Part shown: positions 10,100 through 18,613 of the stretch, piece by piece
Position numbering within the stretch: position 1 is the first letter of the stretch
Layout of the letters: each line of letters starts with the position of its first letter
Assembly: GCA_036561245.1 (NCBI GenBank)
Contig: DATBPQ010000102.1
Span: 35,388-99,387, forward strand
Length of the DNA: 64,000 bases
Direction of reading: 5' to 3'
From: Stellaceae bacterium
GTDB lineage: Bacteria > Pseudomonadota > Alphaproteobacteria > ATCC43930 > CGMCC-115725
Position numbers and translations under genes: made by a program
Notes under the pieces: generated by a model
Databases searched by the model: none
What the model was told of the DNA's origin: nothing
Seen by the model: only the letters and a program-made list of their open reading frames with translations

Positions 10100-10228
10100 G
10101 GAGGCTATTCCTTCCAGAATAGATGCGACCCGTTGGGGGGCCGTGTCCCGCGCGCGAAACTAAGGGGCGTTATCGCAACGGTCAACCCTTATACTCGCGA
10201 CAAATCCGCCCTCTTTGGAGGTAATGAG

Positions 10229-10711
10229 ATGTCCGAACAATCGCGGCCCGTGGGGCCGGTGCCCCGCGACGTGCTGCTGTCGTGGCCGGGGCTCGACGTG
10301 TTCCGCCGCATGATCGCAGGCGAGTTGCCGACGCCGCCGGTCTGCGTCACCAGCAATATTTTCCTCGCCGAGGCAGAAGCAGGCCGCGTCGTGTTCGAGG
10401 GCACGCCGACCGACGCGTTCACCAACCCGCTCGGCGGGATACACGGCGGCTGGATCGCGACGCTGCTGGATTCATCGATGGCCTGCGCGGTTCACACCAG
10501 ACTTGCGGCAGGACAGGCCTACACCACGATCGAGTTCAAGCTGAACCTGGTGAAGGCGGTGACGACAGCGAGCGGCAAGCTGCGCTGCGAGGGCCGCGTG
10601 CTTCAATTCGGCAGCCGAATCGCGACCTCGGAAGGATTCGTGCGCGACGCCGCCGGTACGCTCTATGCGCACGGCACCGAGACCTGCCTCATCATGCCGG
10701 CGCGCGGCTAA
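10229..10711 (+). CDS. PaaI-family (hotdog fold) thioesterase
   Basis: Only the last 160 aa of track ORF 9065..10711 look real. ATG at 10229 is preceded by GGAGG at 10217-10221. Motif NPLGGIHGGWIATLLDSSMACAV is the PaaI/DUF4442-type signature. Confidence 0.8.
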   Translation: MSEQSRPVGPVPRDVLLSWPGLDVFRRMIAGELPTPPVCVTSNIFLAEAEAGRVVFEGTPTDAFTNPLGGIHGGWIATLLDSSMACAVHTRLAAGQAYTTIEFKLNLVKAVTTASGKLRCEGRVLQFGSRIATSEGFVRDAAGTLYAHGTETCLIMPARG

Positions 10712-11493
10712 AGCGTCAGCGTGCCTTCGATCACCGGCGCGCACTGGCCGGCGATCAGCACGCGGTCGCCGCGGTCTTCGCACCACAATTCGCCGCCGCG
10801 TTTCGAGACTTGGCGCGCGAACAGTTTGTTCTTGCCAAGACGCGCCGACCAGTACGGCACCAGCGTGCAATGGGCCGACCCGGTGACCGGGTCCTCGTCG
10901 AGCCCCGCCTTCGGCACGAAATAGCGCGACACGAAATCGCAATCCTCGCCCGGTCCGGTCGCGATCACGCCGAACGGTTCGAGCGCGGCCACTTTACGGA
11001 ACTCGGGCTTTAGCGCTCGCACCGCGTGCGCGCTGTCGAACACCGCGAGCGCGTTGCCGTTGCCGGCAAGCAGCATTTCCGTTGGGCGTGCGCCCAGCGC
11101 ATCGGCCGCAGCGTCGATGCCGCCGACCGGCTCGGCGGGTCGCGCGGGAAAATCCAGCACCAGCCGTTCGCCGTCGCGCGTCACAGTGAGCACGCCGGAG
11201 CGGCTGCGAAAATCGATGCTTTCGAGCGGCCAGTCGAAACGGTTGAAGATCACCCACGCGCTCGCCAGCGTGGCGTGGCCGCATAGTTCGACCTCGATGG
11301 CGGGCGTGAACCAGCGCAGATGAAAGCCTTCATCCTCCGGCACGTAGAATGCCGTCTCCGACAGGTTGTTTTCCATGGCGATGGCTTGCATCGTCGCGTC
11401 GTCGAGCCATTCCTCGAGCGGACAGACCGCGGCGGGATTGCCGCCAAAAGGTTTCGCGGTGAAGGCGTCGATCTGATAGAGCGGAATTTTCAT
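10708..11493 (-). CDS. PhzF-family isomerase/epimerase-like protein
   Basis: MKIPLYQIDAFTAKPFGGNPAAVC...SETAF...RWFTP..EVELCGHATLA is the PhzF signature. I chose the internal ATG at 11493 because the upstream 23 codons overlap a REP-like palindrome. Confidence 0.85.
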   Translation of the reverse strand: MKIPLYQIDAFTAKPFGGNPAAVCPLEEWLDDATMQAIAMENNLSETAFYVPEDEGFHLRWFTPAIEVELCGHATLASAWVIFNRFDWPLESIDFRSRSGVLTVTRDGERLVLDFPARPAEPVGGIDAAADALGARPTEMLLAGNGNALAVFDSAHAVRALKPEFRKVAALEPFGVIATGPGEDCDFVSRYFVPKAGLDEDPVTGSAHCTLVPYWSARLGKNKLFARQVSKRGGELWCEDRGDRVLIAGQCAPVIEGTLTL

Positions 11494-11539
11494 GGCGCTA
11501 TAACTCGGGTAGGTCGCCCCGATGTCAATCCCGTGCGGC

Positions 11540-11640
11540 CTTCGAGACGCGATGCTTCGCATCGCTCCTCAGGCTGAGGACTGCCATGAGAAACGATCCT
11601 CATGCTGAGGAGCACGCGAAGCGTGCGTCTCGAAGCACGC
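11540..11640. repeat. REP-like imperfect palindrome (intergenic repeat element)
   Basis: Left arm 11540-11573 (cttcgagacgcgatgcttcgcatcgctcctcagg) pairs with right arm 11604-11635 (gctgaggagcacgcgaagcgtgcgtctcgaag) around a roughly 30-nt centre. It lies between divergent genes. Confidence 0.6.
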
Positions 11641-11677
11641 ACATTGCCTATGCCGTGTCGATCATGGACAATGCGCG

Positions 11678-13387
11678 ATGGCCCGGGACATTTCCCACAT
11701 CGCGCGGCGCATCGACCAGGCGCTGGGCCGCGACGCCGCCGATCTGGTCATCAAGAACACGCGTTTCCTCAATGTCGTGACCGGCGAGATCGCGTCGGGC
11801 GACATTGCGATATCGGGCGACCGCATCGTCGGCACCTATGAGCAATATCGCGGCCGCGTCGAGATCGACGGCGGCGACGCGATCTGCGTCCCGGGTTTCA
11901 TCGACACGCATCTCCATGTCGAATCCACCTTGGTGACGCCGGACGAGTTCGATCGCTGCGCCCTGCCCCGCGGCACCACCACGGCAATCTGCGATCCGCA
12001 CGAAATCACCAACGTGATGGGCGCGCCGGGCCTGCGCTATTTCCTCGACGCGTCGTCGAACATGGCGATGGATCTGCGCGTGCAGCTTCCATCCTGCGTG
12101 CCGGCCACCGAGCTGGAAACCTCGGGCGCGCGCTTGACCGCGGACGATCTCTTGCCATTCCGCGATCATCCCAAAGTGATCGGTCTTGCCGAGTTCATGA
12201 ATTTCCCGGGTCTGTTCGCCAAGGAGCCCGAGGTGCTGGACAAGCTCGCCGCGTTCGAGGGCGGGCATATCGACGGCCACGCGCCGTTCCTCAAAGGCAT
12301 GGAGCTCAACGCCTATCTCTCCTGCGGCATCCGCAATTGCCACGAGACCACGACGGTCGACGAGGCGTGGGAGAAGTTGCGCAAGGGCGTGCATCTCCTG
12401 ATCCGCGACGGCACGGTGTGCAAGGACGTTGCGACGCTGGCGGAAGTGATCGACGCCAAGACCTCGAGCTTTTGCAGTTTCTGCACCGACGACCGCAACC
12501 CGCTCGACATTCTCGAAGAAGGCCATCTCGATCATCTGATCCGCACCGCCATCGCCAAGGGCGCGCCGGTCGCGGACGTGTATCGCGCCGCGACCTGGTC
12601 CGCCGCACGCGGCTTCGGCCTTGCCGATCGCGGCCTGATCGCGCCGGGCCAGCGCGCCGACATCGTGCTGCTCGACCATCTCGCCGAATGCCGCGTGCGC
12701 CAGGTCATCGCCGGCGGTCGCGTCGTCAGCGACGAGACTTTCGCCGGCCGCCGCTTCGCGCCGCCGGTCGGGCTCGACAGCATGAAATTGGACCCGGTCG
12801 GCGCCGCCGATTTCGCAGTGCATCGCGTAACACCGTCGTCGCCGGTGATCGGCGTCACCGCCGGCACGGTGACGACTCAGTTTCTGACCCGCGACTTGCC
12901 GATGCGGAATGGTCTGCGGATCGCCGATCCCGCCAACGACATTCTCAAGGTCTGCGTCGTTGCGCGGCACGGCAAGAACCGCAATATCGGGCGCGGCTTC
13001 GTCACCGGGTTCGGGTTGCGCGGCGTCGCGCTGGCGTCCTCGATCGGGCACGACAGCCATAATGTCTGCGTCATCGGCGACGACGATTCGGACATGGCGC
13101 TCGCGGTGAACCGACTGATCGCGATGGGCGGCGGGTTCGCGGCGGCACGCGGCGGTCGCATCCTCGGCGAGCTGAAGCTGCCGGTCGCGGGCCTGATGAG
13201 CCTTGCACCTTTCGAGGAGGTCGCCGGCTCACTCGCCGGCCTCAAGCGACTCGTGCGCGACCTCGGTTGCCCGTTGCCCGAGCCGTTTCTCCAGCTCGCG
13301 TTCCTGCCCCTGCCGGTGATCCCGCATCTGCGGATCACCGACAGGGGCCTGGTCGATGTCGACCGATTCGAACTGCTCGCCGCCTGA
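11678..13387 (+). CDS. ade: Adenine deaminase
   Basis: 569 aa. Amidohydrolase metal motif PGFIDTHLHVES, plus RGTTTAICDPHEI and SIGHDSHN blocks characteristic of Ade. Confidence 0.9.
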   Translation: MARDISHIARRIDQALGRDAADLVIKNTRFLNVVTGEIASGDIAISGDRIVGTYEQYRGRVEIDGGDAICVPGFIDTHLHVESTLVTPDEFDRCALPRGTTTAICDPHEITNVMGAPGLRYFLDASSNMAMDLRVQLPSCVPATELETSGARLTADDLLPFRDHPKVIGLAEFMNFPGLFAKEPEVLDKLAAFEGGHIDGHAPFLKGMELNAYLSCGIRNCHETTTVDEAWEKLRKGVHLLIRDGTVCKDVATLAEVIDAKTSSFCSFCTDDRNPLDILEEGHLDHLIRTAIAKGAPVADVYRAATWSAARGFGLADRGLIAPGQRADIVLLDHLAECRVRQVIAGGRVVSDETFAGRRFAPPVGLDSMKLDPVGAADFAVHRVTPSSPVIGVTAGTVTTQFLTRDLPMRNGLRIADPANDILKVCVVARHGKNRNIGRGFVTGFGLRGVALASSIGHDSHNVCVIGDDDSDMALAVNRLIAMGGGFAAARGGRILGELKLPVAGLMSLAPFEEVAGSLAGLKRLVRDLGCPLPEPFLQLAFLPLPVIPHLRITDRGLVDVDRFELLAA

Positions 13388-13551
13388 AAAAAGGCGAAAA
13401 TTGCGACAAAAAGCGCTGAAACCCGCCTTGCGGGCGGGAACCTCTCTCATTAACGTAGGGTTGTCTCGGACACAGGCGTGTCAAGAGACGCGGGTTTCCG
13501 TACCACCTGATTTAGTCACGACGACCTTGTGACATTAGCCAGGAGAGAAAA

Positions 13552-13800
13552 ATGCGGTCAGGTTACACAAGATATGGGGTTCTCGCGGTGTTGGTCTCCG
13601 CTCCGTTGTTGCTGACGGGCTGCGCCACCTCCGAACAAATCACCGCGATCCAGAACACCGCGAACGCCGCCAAGGCCGAAGCCGACAAGGCGATGGCGAC
13701 GGCCGAGCAGGCGTTGCAGGTCGCAAACAAGGCCGAGGCCGATGCGCAGGCCGCGAACGAGAAAATCGACCGGATGTTCCAGAAGCATTTGCGAAAGTAA
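13552..13800 (+). CDS. Lpp/OprI-family alanine-zipper outer-membrane lipoprotein
   Basis: 82 aa. Signal peptide with lipobox LLTGC, then a 59-aa Ala/Gln/Lys-rich helical mature part. The C-terminus ...AANEKIDRMFQKHLRK resembles E. coli Lpp ...ARANQRLDNMATKYRK, including the terminal Lys. AGGAGAG SD lies 6 nt upstream. Confidence 0.8.
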   Translation: MRSGYTRYGVLAVLVSAPLLLTGCATSEQITAIQNTANAAKAEADKAMATAEQALQVANKAEADAQAANEKIDRMFQKHLRK

Positions 13801-13867
13801 GTCGGTTCGATTTTCGTTTTATTGGGAGACCCGGCGACGCGATGAGCGGCCGCCGGGTAACCTTCGG

Positions 13868-14863
13868 ATGATTGTGTTCGAGCGCTGGCGAAGCGTCGCC
13901 GTTATCGCCGCACTGATTTTGGTGCCGTCGCTCGCAGGCGCGCGCACCTATGCTTTGACACCCGGCCAGAACGCGATCGGCGGCATCGGTGAGTACGTCG
14001 CCGTCTACAAGGACACGCTGCTCGACGTCGCACGCGACAACGACCTCGGCTATGCCCAGCTGATGCTCGCGAATCCAGGCGTCAATCCGTGGATTCCGGG
14101 CAAGGACAAGCACATCGTCCTGCCAAACCTTTATCTGCTGCCGGATGGGCCGCGCAAAGGTATTGTCCTCAATCTCGCCGAACAGCGTGTGTTTTATTTC
14201 CCACCTGGCGGCAAGACGGTTGAGACGTATCCGATCGGCGCCGGAGTGCAAGGCTGGATCACGCCCACCGGCGTCACGCGTGTCGTCAGCAAGCAGATTC
14301 ATCCAGGATGGACGCCGCCGCCCTCGATCCGCCGCGAGCGCCCGGAACTGCCGGCCTATATGCCACCGGGGCCCGACAATCCGATGGGCGACCTCGCAAT
14401 GGGGCTCGGGTGGCGCGGCTATTACCTTCACGGCACCAACAAGCCTTACGGCGTCGGCCGCAATGTCAGCCATGGCTGCATTCATTTCTATCCCGAGGAT
14501 ATCGACCATTTGTTCCACGAGATTCCAGTCGGCACGCAGGTCCGCGTGATCAACCAGGAAGTCGAGGCGGCGTGGGTGCATAACCGGCTCTATGTCGCGG
14601 TGTTTCCCAACAAATCGCAGGTCGATGAAATCGATATCGAGCATCCGATAACCCGCGTCGTGCCCGACGATCTCGTGCAGCGCGTGCGCGACGTCGCCGG
14701 CGACAGAGCCGATGAGGTCGATTGGGCGCTGGTGACGCGGCTTGGCCTCGAGCGCACCAGCATCCCGACTCCGGTAACGCCGCCGAGTATCGCAGATGCG
14801 GGGCAGCCCGGCGTCACGCCGGTTTCGGCAACGCACCCGATGCCGACGGCGCCGGCAAGATAA
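13868..14863 (+). CDS. L,D-transpeptidase (YkuD/ErfK family) with an N-terminal LysM-like region
   Basis: Catalytic motif HGTNKPYGVGRNVSHGCIHF. Signal peptide MIVFERWRSVAVIAALILVPSLAGA. I chose the ATG at 13868 rather than the track start at 13742, which overlaps the lipoprotein gene. Confidence 0.85.
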   Translation: MIVFERWRSVAVIAALILVPSLAGARTYALTPGQNAIGGIGEYVAVYKDTLLDVARDNDLGYAQLMLANPGVNPWIPGKDKHIVLPNLYLLPDGPRKGIVLNLAEQRVFYFPPGGKTVETYPIGAGVQGWITPTGVTRVVSKQIHPGWTPPPSIRRERPELPAYMPPGPDNPMGDLAMGLGWRGYYLHGTNKPYGVGRNVSHGCIHFYPEDIDHLFHEIPVGTQVRVINQEVEAAWVHNRLYVAVFPNKSQVDEIDIEHPITRVVPDDLVQRVRDVAGDRADEVDWALVTRLGLERTSIPTPVTPPSIADAGQPGVTPVSATHPMPTAPAR

Positions 14864-16205
14864 GCGTCGCGATCAGCCCAGGATCGCCGTCGGCGAATTC
14901 GAGCCGCCCGCCATGCAGCTTGGCGACGGCGGCGACCACGCTGAGACCCAGCCCCACGCCGCTTTTGCCCTTGCCGGCGTCGCCGCGATAGAAGCGGCGC
15001 ACCACCTCGGTCTTTTCCGCGTCGGCGATGCCGGGCCCGCGATCCGTCACGCGCACTTCGGCGGCGCCATCGGCGGTTTGCCTTACGTCGAGCACGACTT
15101 TTCCACCGGCCGGCGAAAATTTTACGGCGTTGTCGACGAGGTTCGAGATCGCCTGCGCCAAGAGGTCGGGGTCGCCTTGCACCGTGACCGCGTCGGCCGG
15201 CGCCGCATAAGCGAGATCGCTGCCTTTGGCCTCCGCGACCGGCCCGTAAAGCTCGGCGACCTCGGCCGCCACGCTGTCGAGCCGCACCTCGCGGAAGCCC
15301 GAGAGACGCGCACCTGAATCGATGTCGGCGAGACGCAGCAGCGCGTTGAAGACGCCGATGACACGGTCGAGATCGCCGACCGAGCCCTGCACCTCGCTCC
15401 ATGCCTCCTCGATCGGCGGGCGGCGGCGAAGTAATTCCTCGAGCCGGTTGCGCAGCTCGGTTAGCGGCGTGCGCAGATCGTGCGCGACGGTGTTGGAAGC
15501 GTTGCGCACGCCTTCGATCAGAACCTGAATCTGCGCCAGCATGCCGTTGATGGTCTGCGACAGCTGGTCGAATTCGTCGGTCGAGTCGTGGGTCGGCAAG
15601 CGCCGCGCCAGATCGCCCCGCACGATCGCGGCGGTTGTGCGGTTGATCGCCTCGACCTGGCGGAGGACGCCGCGCCTGATCAGCATGCCACCCGCGATCG
15701 CGAGCAGAATCGCGATGCCCACGGCCCAGGCCAGCCCGCCGAGGATGGTGCGGCGGATCGCGACACGGTCCTGCACGTCGCGCCCGACCAGCAGGCGATA
15801 GCCTCCGGGCAGCGCGGCATAGATGATCCGCGTCGCATGAAGGCGGCCATTGCGCGCCAGTCCGATCTCGTACCAACCGGGCCCGCCGCCGATCTGCACC
15901 GGCCAGGCGCTGAGATTGCCGGCGAGCGCATGAAGGCCGGGGTCGGCGAGGAGATAGATCGCGTGCTCGTCGGATTCCGCGGCGGCACGGTCGCGCACCG
16001 TTTGGAGCGCGCCGATCAGGCCGAAATCGTGCAGCCGGTCGCCGACCGCCTGCGCGTCGGCGACGATGACGGCATCGACCTCGCGGTCGAGATAGGCCGC
16101 GGTGCGCCACCACAACGCGCCAACCAAGAGGAACGAGGAGAGAATGAAAATCGCGGCATAACCCAGCGCCAAGCGCACCGAGACCGACCGCAACAAGCGG
16201 ATCAT
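14814..16205 (-). CDS. Sensor histidine kinase (two TM segments, HAMP, HisKA, HATPase_c)
   Basis: 463 aa. H-box VAHDLRTPLT, N-box NLVDNAVKF, G-boxes DRGPGI and GVGLGL. The start overlaps the response-regulator stop (ATGA at 16202-16205). Confidence 0.9.
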   Translation of the reverse strand: MIRLLRSVSVRLALGYAAIFILSSFLLVGALWWRTAAYLDREVDAVIVADAQAVGDRLHDFGLIGALQTVRDRAAAESDEHAIYLLADPGLHALAGNLSAWPVQIGGGPGWYEIGLARNGRLHATRIIYAALPGGYRLLVGRDVQDRVAIRRTILGGLAWAVGIAILLAIAGGMLIRRGVLRQVEAINRTTAAIVRGDLARRLPTHDSTDEFDQLSQTINGMLAQIQVLIEGVRNASNTVAHDLRTPLTELRNRLEELLRRRPPIEEAWSEVQGSVGDLDRVIGVFNALLRLADIDSGARLSGFREVRLDSVAAEVAELYGPVAEAKGSDLAYAAPADAVTVQGDPDLLAQAISNLVDNAVKFSPAGGKVVLDVRQTADGAAEVRVTDRGPGIADAEKTEVVRRFYRGDAGKGKSGVGLGLSVVAAVAKLHGGRLEFADGDPGLIATLILPAPSASGALPKPA

Positions 16206-16879
16206 TCAGCGCCGAGCCGGTAACCGACGCCGCGTACCGTGTGCAACAGCGCCGGCGCGAAACCGGCATCGATCTTCTGCCGCAGCTTACTGATATGCAC
16301 ATCGACCACGTTAGTCTGCGGATCGAAATGATATTCCCAGACATGCTCGAGCAGCATGGTCCGCGTCACCACTTGGCCGGCGTGGCGCATCATGAATTCG
16401 AGCAGGGCGAATTCGCGCGGCTTGAGAGCTATCGGCGTGCCGCCGCGCGTCACTCTGTGCGCCAGCAGGTCCATCTTCAGATCGCCGACTTCCAGCGCGG
16501 CGTTGCGGTCGGTGCCTTGCGAGCGGCGCGCCAGCGCGTCGAGCCGCGCCGCCAGCTCGCCGAAAGCGAACGGCTTGGTAAGATAGTCGTCGCCCCCGGC
16601 GCGCAGGCCGCGGATGCGGTCGTCGACCTCGGCCAGCGCGCTGAGGATCAGGATTGGCGTCTTGTTGCCGGTGGTGCGCAGCGTCTCGACGATGCTCAGC
16701 CCGTCGATGCCGCCCGGCAGCATGCGATCCATGACGATGACATCGTATTTTTCGGATGCGGCGAGGAACAACCCGTCACGCCCCGTGCCGGCCTGATCGA
16801 CGGCATGGCCGGCTTCGCGCAGTCCCTTGGCGATGAACTGCGCGACCCGTTCATTGTCTTCCACGACGAGGACTTTCAT
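16202..16879 (-). CDS. OmpR-family DNA-binding response regulator
   Basis: MKVLVVEDNERV...VIVMDRMLPG...KPF receiver domain, then a winged-helix C-terminus (VHISKLRQKI...TVRGVGYRL). I chose the internal ATG at 16879; the track start at 16981 adds 34 non-conserved residues. Confidence 0.9.
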   Translation of the reverse strand: MKVLVVEDNERVAQFIAKGLREAGHAVDQAGTGRDGLFLAASEKYDVIVMDRMLPGGIDGLSIVETLRTTGNKTPILILSALAEVDDRIRGLRAGGDDYLTKPFAFGELAARLDALARRSQGTDRNAALEVGDLKMDLLAHRVTRGGTPIALKPREFALLEFMMRHAGQVVTRTMLLEHVWEYHFDPQTNVVDVHISKLRQKIDAGFAPALLHTVRGVGYRLGAE

Positions 16880-16996
16880 GCACCTCACCGTATTCGTCAT
16901 TGCCGGGGCTTGACCGGCAATCATTTGACGGACCGTCCCGTCGCTCGCTTTAGACCCCCGGGTCACGCCCGGGGGTGACAAAGCAGTTCAACCTCG

Positions 16997-18517
16997 TCAG
17001 CCCCGCTGCAATTGCAGCGCCAGATAATACGTGTTGCCGTTGCGCGTCACCAGCAGCGGCACAGCTTCTTTCTTGTCGCGCTCGGCCTGATGGATTTTCG
17101 CCACCGCCTCGGACGGCGTTGTCACCGATTCGTCACCGACGCGCTGGATCACGTCGCCTTCCTGCAAACCGCTTTCGTCGGCGCGGCTGCCAGGCTGGAC
17201 GTTGGCGACCACGACGCCATTGGCCGACGGATCGAGGCCGAGCTGCTCGCGGGTCTCGCGCGACAGCGGGGCGAGCGCCATGCCGACGCGCTCCTGACTT
17301 TCATGCGAGGCGGCCGACGCGGTCTTTTCTTTCGCCATCGTGCCGATGGTGACGGCGACCGTGCGCTCGCTGCCGCCGCGCCACACGGTGAGGTTCACGC
17401 TGCGTCCGGCAGCGGAGTTGGCGACATCGCGGGCGAGATCGCGCCCGTCTTTGATCGAGATGCCGTTATACGCCAGGATCACGTCACCCTGTTTCAGCTC
17501 GGCGTGCGCCGCCGGAGAATTCGCCGTCACGTCGTCGACCAGGACGCCGCGCGGCTCCTTCATGCCGATCGCTTTGCCCAGCGCCGGCGTCACCGGCTGC
17601 ATCTGAACGCCGAGCCAGCCGCGCGACACGCTGCCATGCTCGCGCAGTTGCGACACGACATGCGACGCGATATTGGACGGGATCGCGAAGCCGATCCCGA
17701 CGCTGCCGCCGTTCGGCGAATAGATCGCGGTGTCGATGCCGATCACCTGGCCCGACTGATTGAACAGCGGCCCGCCGGAATTGCCCGGATTGATCGGCGC
17801 ATCGATCTGGAGGAAATCGTCGTAGGGACCTTCGTTGATGTTGCGGCCGTGCGCCGAGACGATGCCCGCGGTGACGGTGCCGCCGAGGCCAAACGGATTG
17901 CCGACCGCGACCACCCAGTCGCCGACCTGCTCGCCGTCGGAATTGCCGAACGCGACGTAGGGGAGGGTTTTGTGCGCGTCGATCTTCAACAGCGCGAGAT
18001 CGGTCTTGTCGTCGCGGCCGATCACCTTCGCCAGATAGGACGAGCCGTCGTCGAGCGTGACAGTGATCTTGTTGGCGTGATCGATGACGTGGTTGTTGGT
18101 CACGATGTAGCCGGCGGGATCGACGATGAAGCCCGACCCCATCGCGCGCTCAAGCGCACCACCGCCTTGGCCGCCGCGCTGTTGATGCTGAAAGAATTGC
18201 CGCATCATGTCGCCGAACGGCGAATCCTGATCGCCGAAATCCGGCATCTGCTGCATTTCGGTCATGTTCGAGGCATGGGTCACGCCGGCAGTCGAGATGT
18301 TGACCACCGCGGCCTTCACCTGCCGGACCAGCGGCGCGAAGCCGGCCTGGTTGAACACCGGCTGCACCGTGCCGGGCGCGACCTGGATCGGCGCGGCCAA
18401 GGCGGTGCTGCCGTTCGACCAGAAATAACCGCCGGTGGCGAGCGCAGTGCCCGCGAGCAAAGCGGCGGCAAACGCGGTCTTGCGGCCACGGCCCAAACGA
18501 TCGAACAAAGATGTCAT
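16997..18517 (-). CDS. Periplasmic serine endoprotease, DegP/DegQ (HtrA) family, two PDZ domains
   Basis: 506 aa with a signal peptide. Catalytic blocks TNNHV, DLALLK and GNSGGPL, followed by two PDZ-like regions. Confidence 0.9.
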   Translation of the reverse strand: MTSLFDRLGRGRKTAFAAALLAGTALATGGYFWSNGSTALAAPIQVAPGTVQPVFNQAGFAPLVRQVKAAVVNISTAGVTHASNMTEMQQMPDFGDQDSPFGDMMRQFFQHQQRGGQGGGALERAMGSGFIVDPAGYIVTNNHVIDHANKITVTLDDGSSYLAKVIGRDDKTDLALLKIDAHKTLPYVAFGNSDGEQVGDWVVAVGNPFGLGGTVTAGIVSAHGRNINEGPYDDFLQIDAPINPGNSGGPLFNQSGQVIGIDTAIYSPNGGSVGIGFAIPSNIASHVVSQLREHGSVSRGWLGVQMQPVTPALGKAIGMKEPRGVLVDDVTANSPAAHAELKQGDVILAYNGISIKDGRDLARDVANSAAGRSVNLTVWRGGSERTVAVTIGTMAKEKTASAASHESQERVGMALAPLSRETREQLGLDPSANGVVVANVQPGSRADESGLQEGDVIQRVGDESVTTPSEAVAKIHQAERDKKEAVPLLVTRNGNTYYLALQLQRG

Positions 18518-18613
18518 GGCTAAACCCTTCCCAGATGCAATAAACGCTGGGATTGAGGTAGGCCCTTACCCTTCAGCGGAAGGTGAGCGGAACATTAAGA
18601 AATTTTGAGACTC

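Noticed and set aside
9065-10228. N-terminal 388 codons of track ORF 9065..10711
   Set aside because: This part is antisense to serC and has no motifs. The real gene begins at the ATG at 10229, which has a strong GGAGG site, and encodes only the PaaI-type domain.
14590-16344. 584-aa minus-strand ORF overlapping the histidine kinase region
   Set aside because: It is an alternative frame with an Arg/Pro/Gly-rich product. The 14814..16205 frame carries H, N and G boxes and a HAMP domain.
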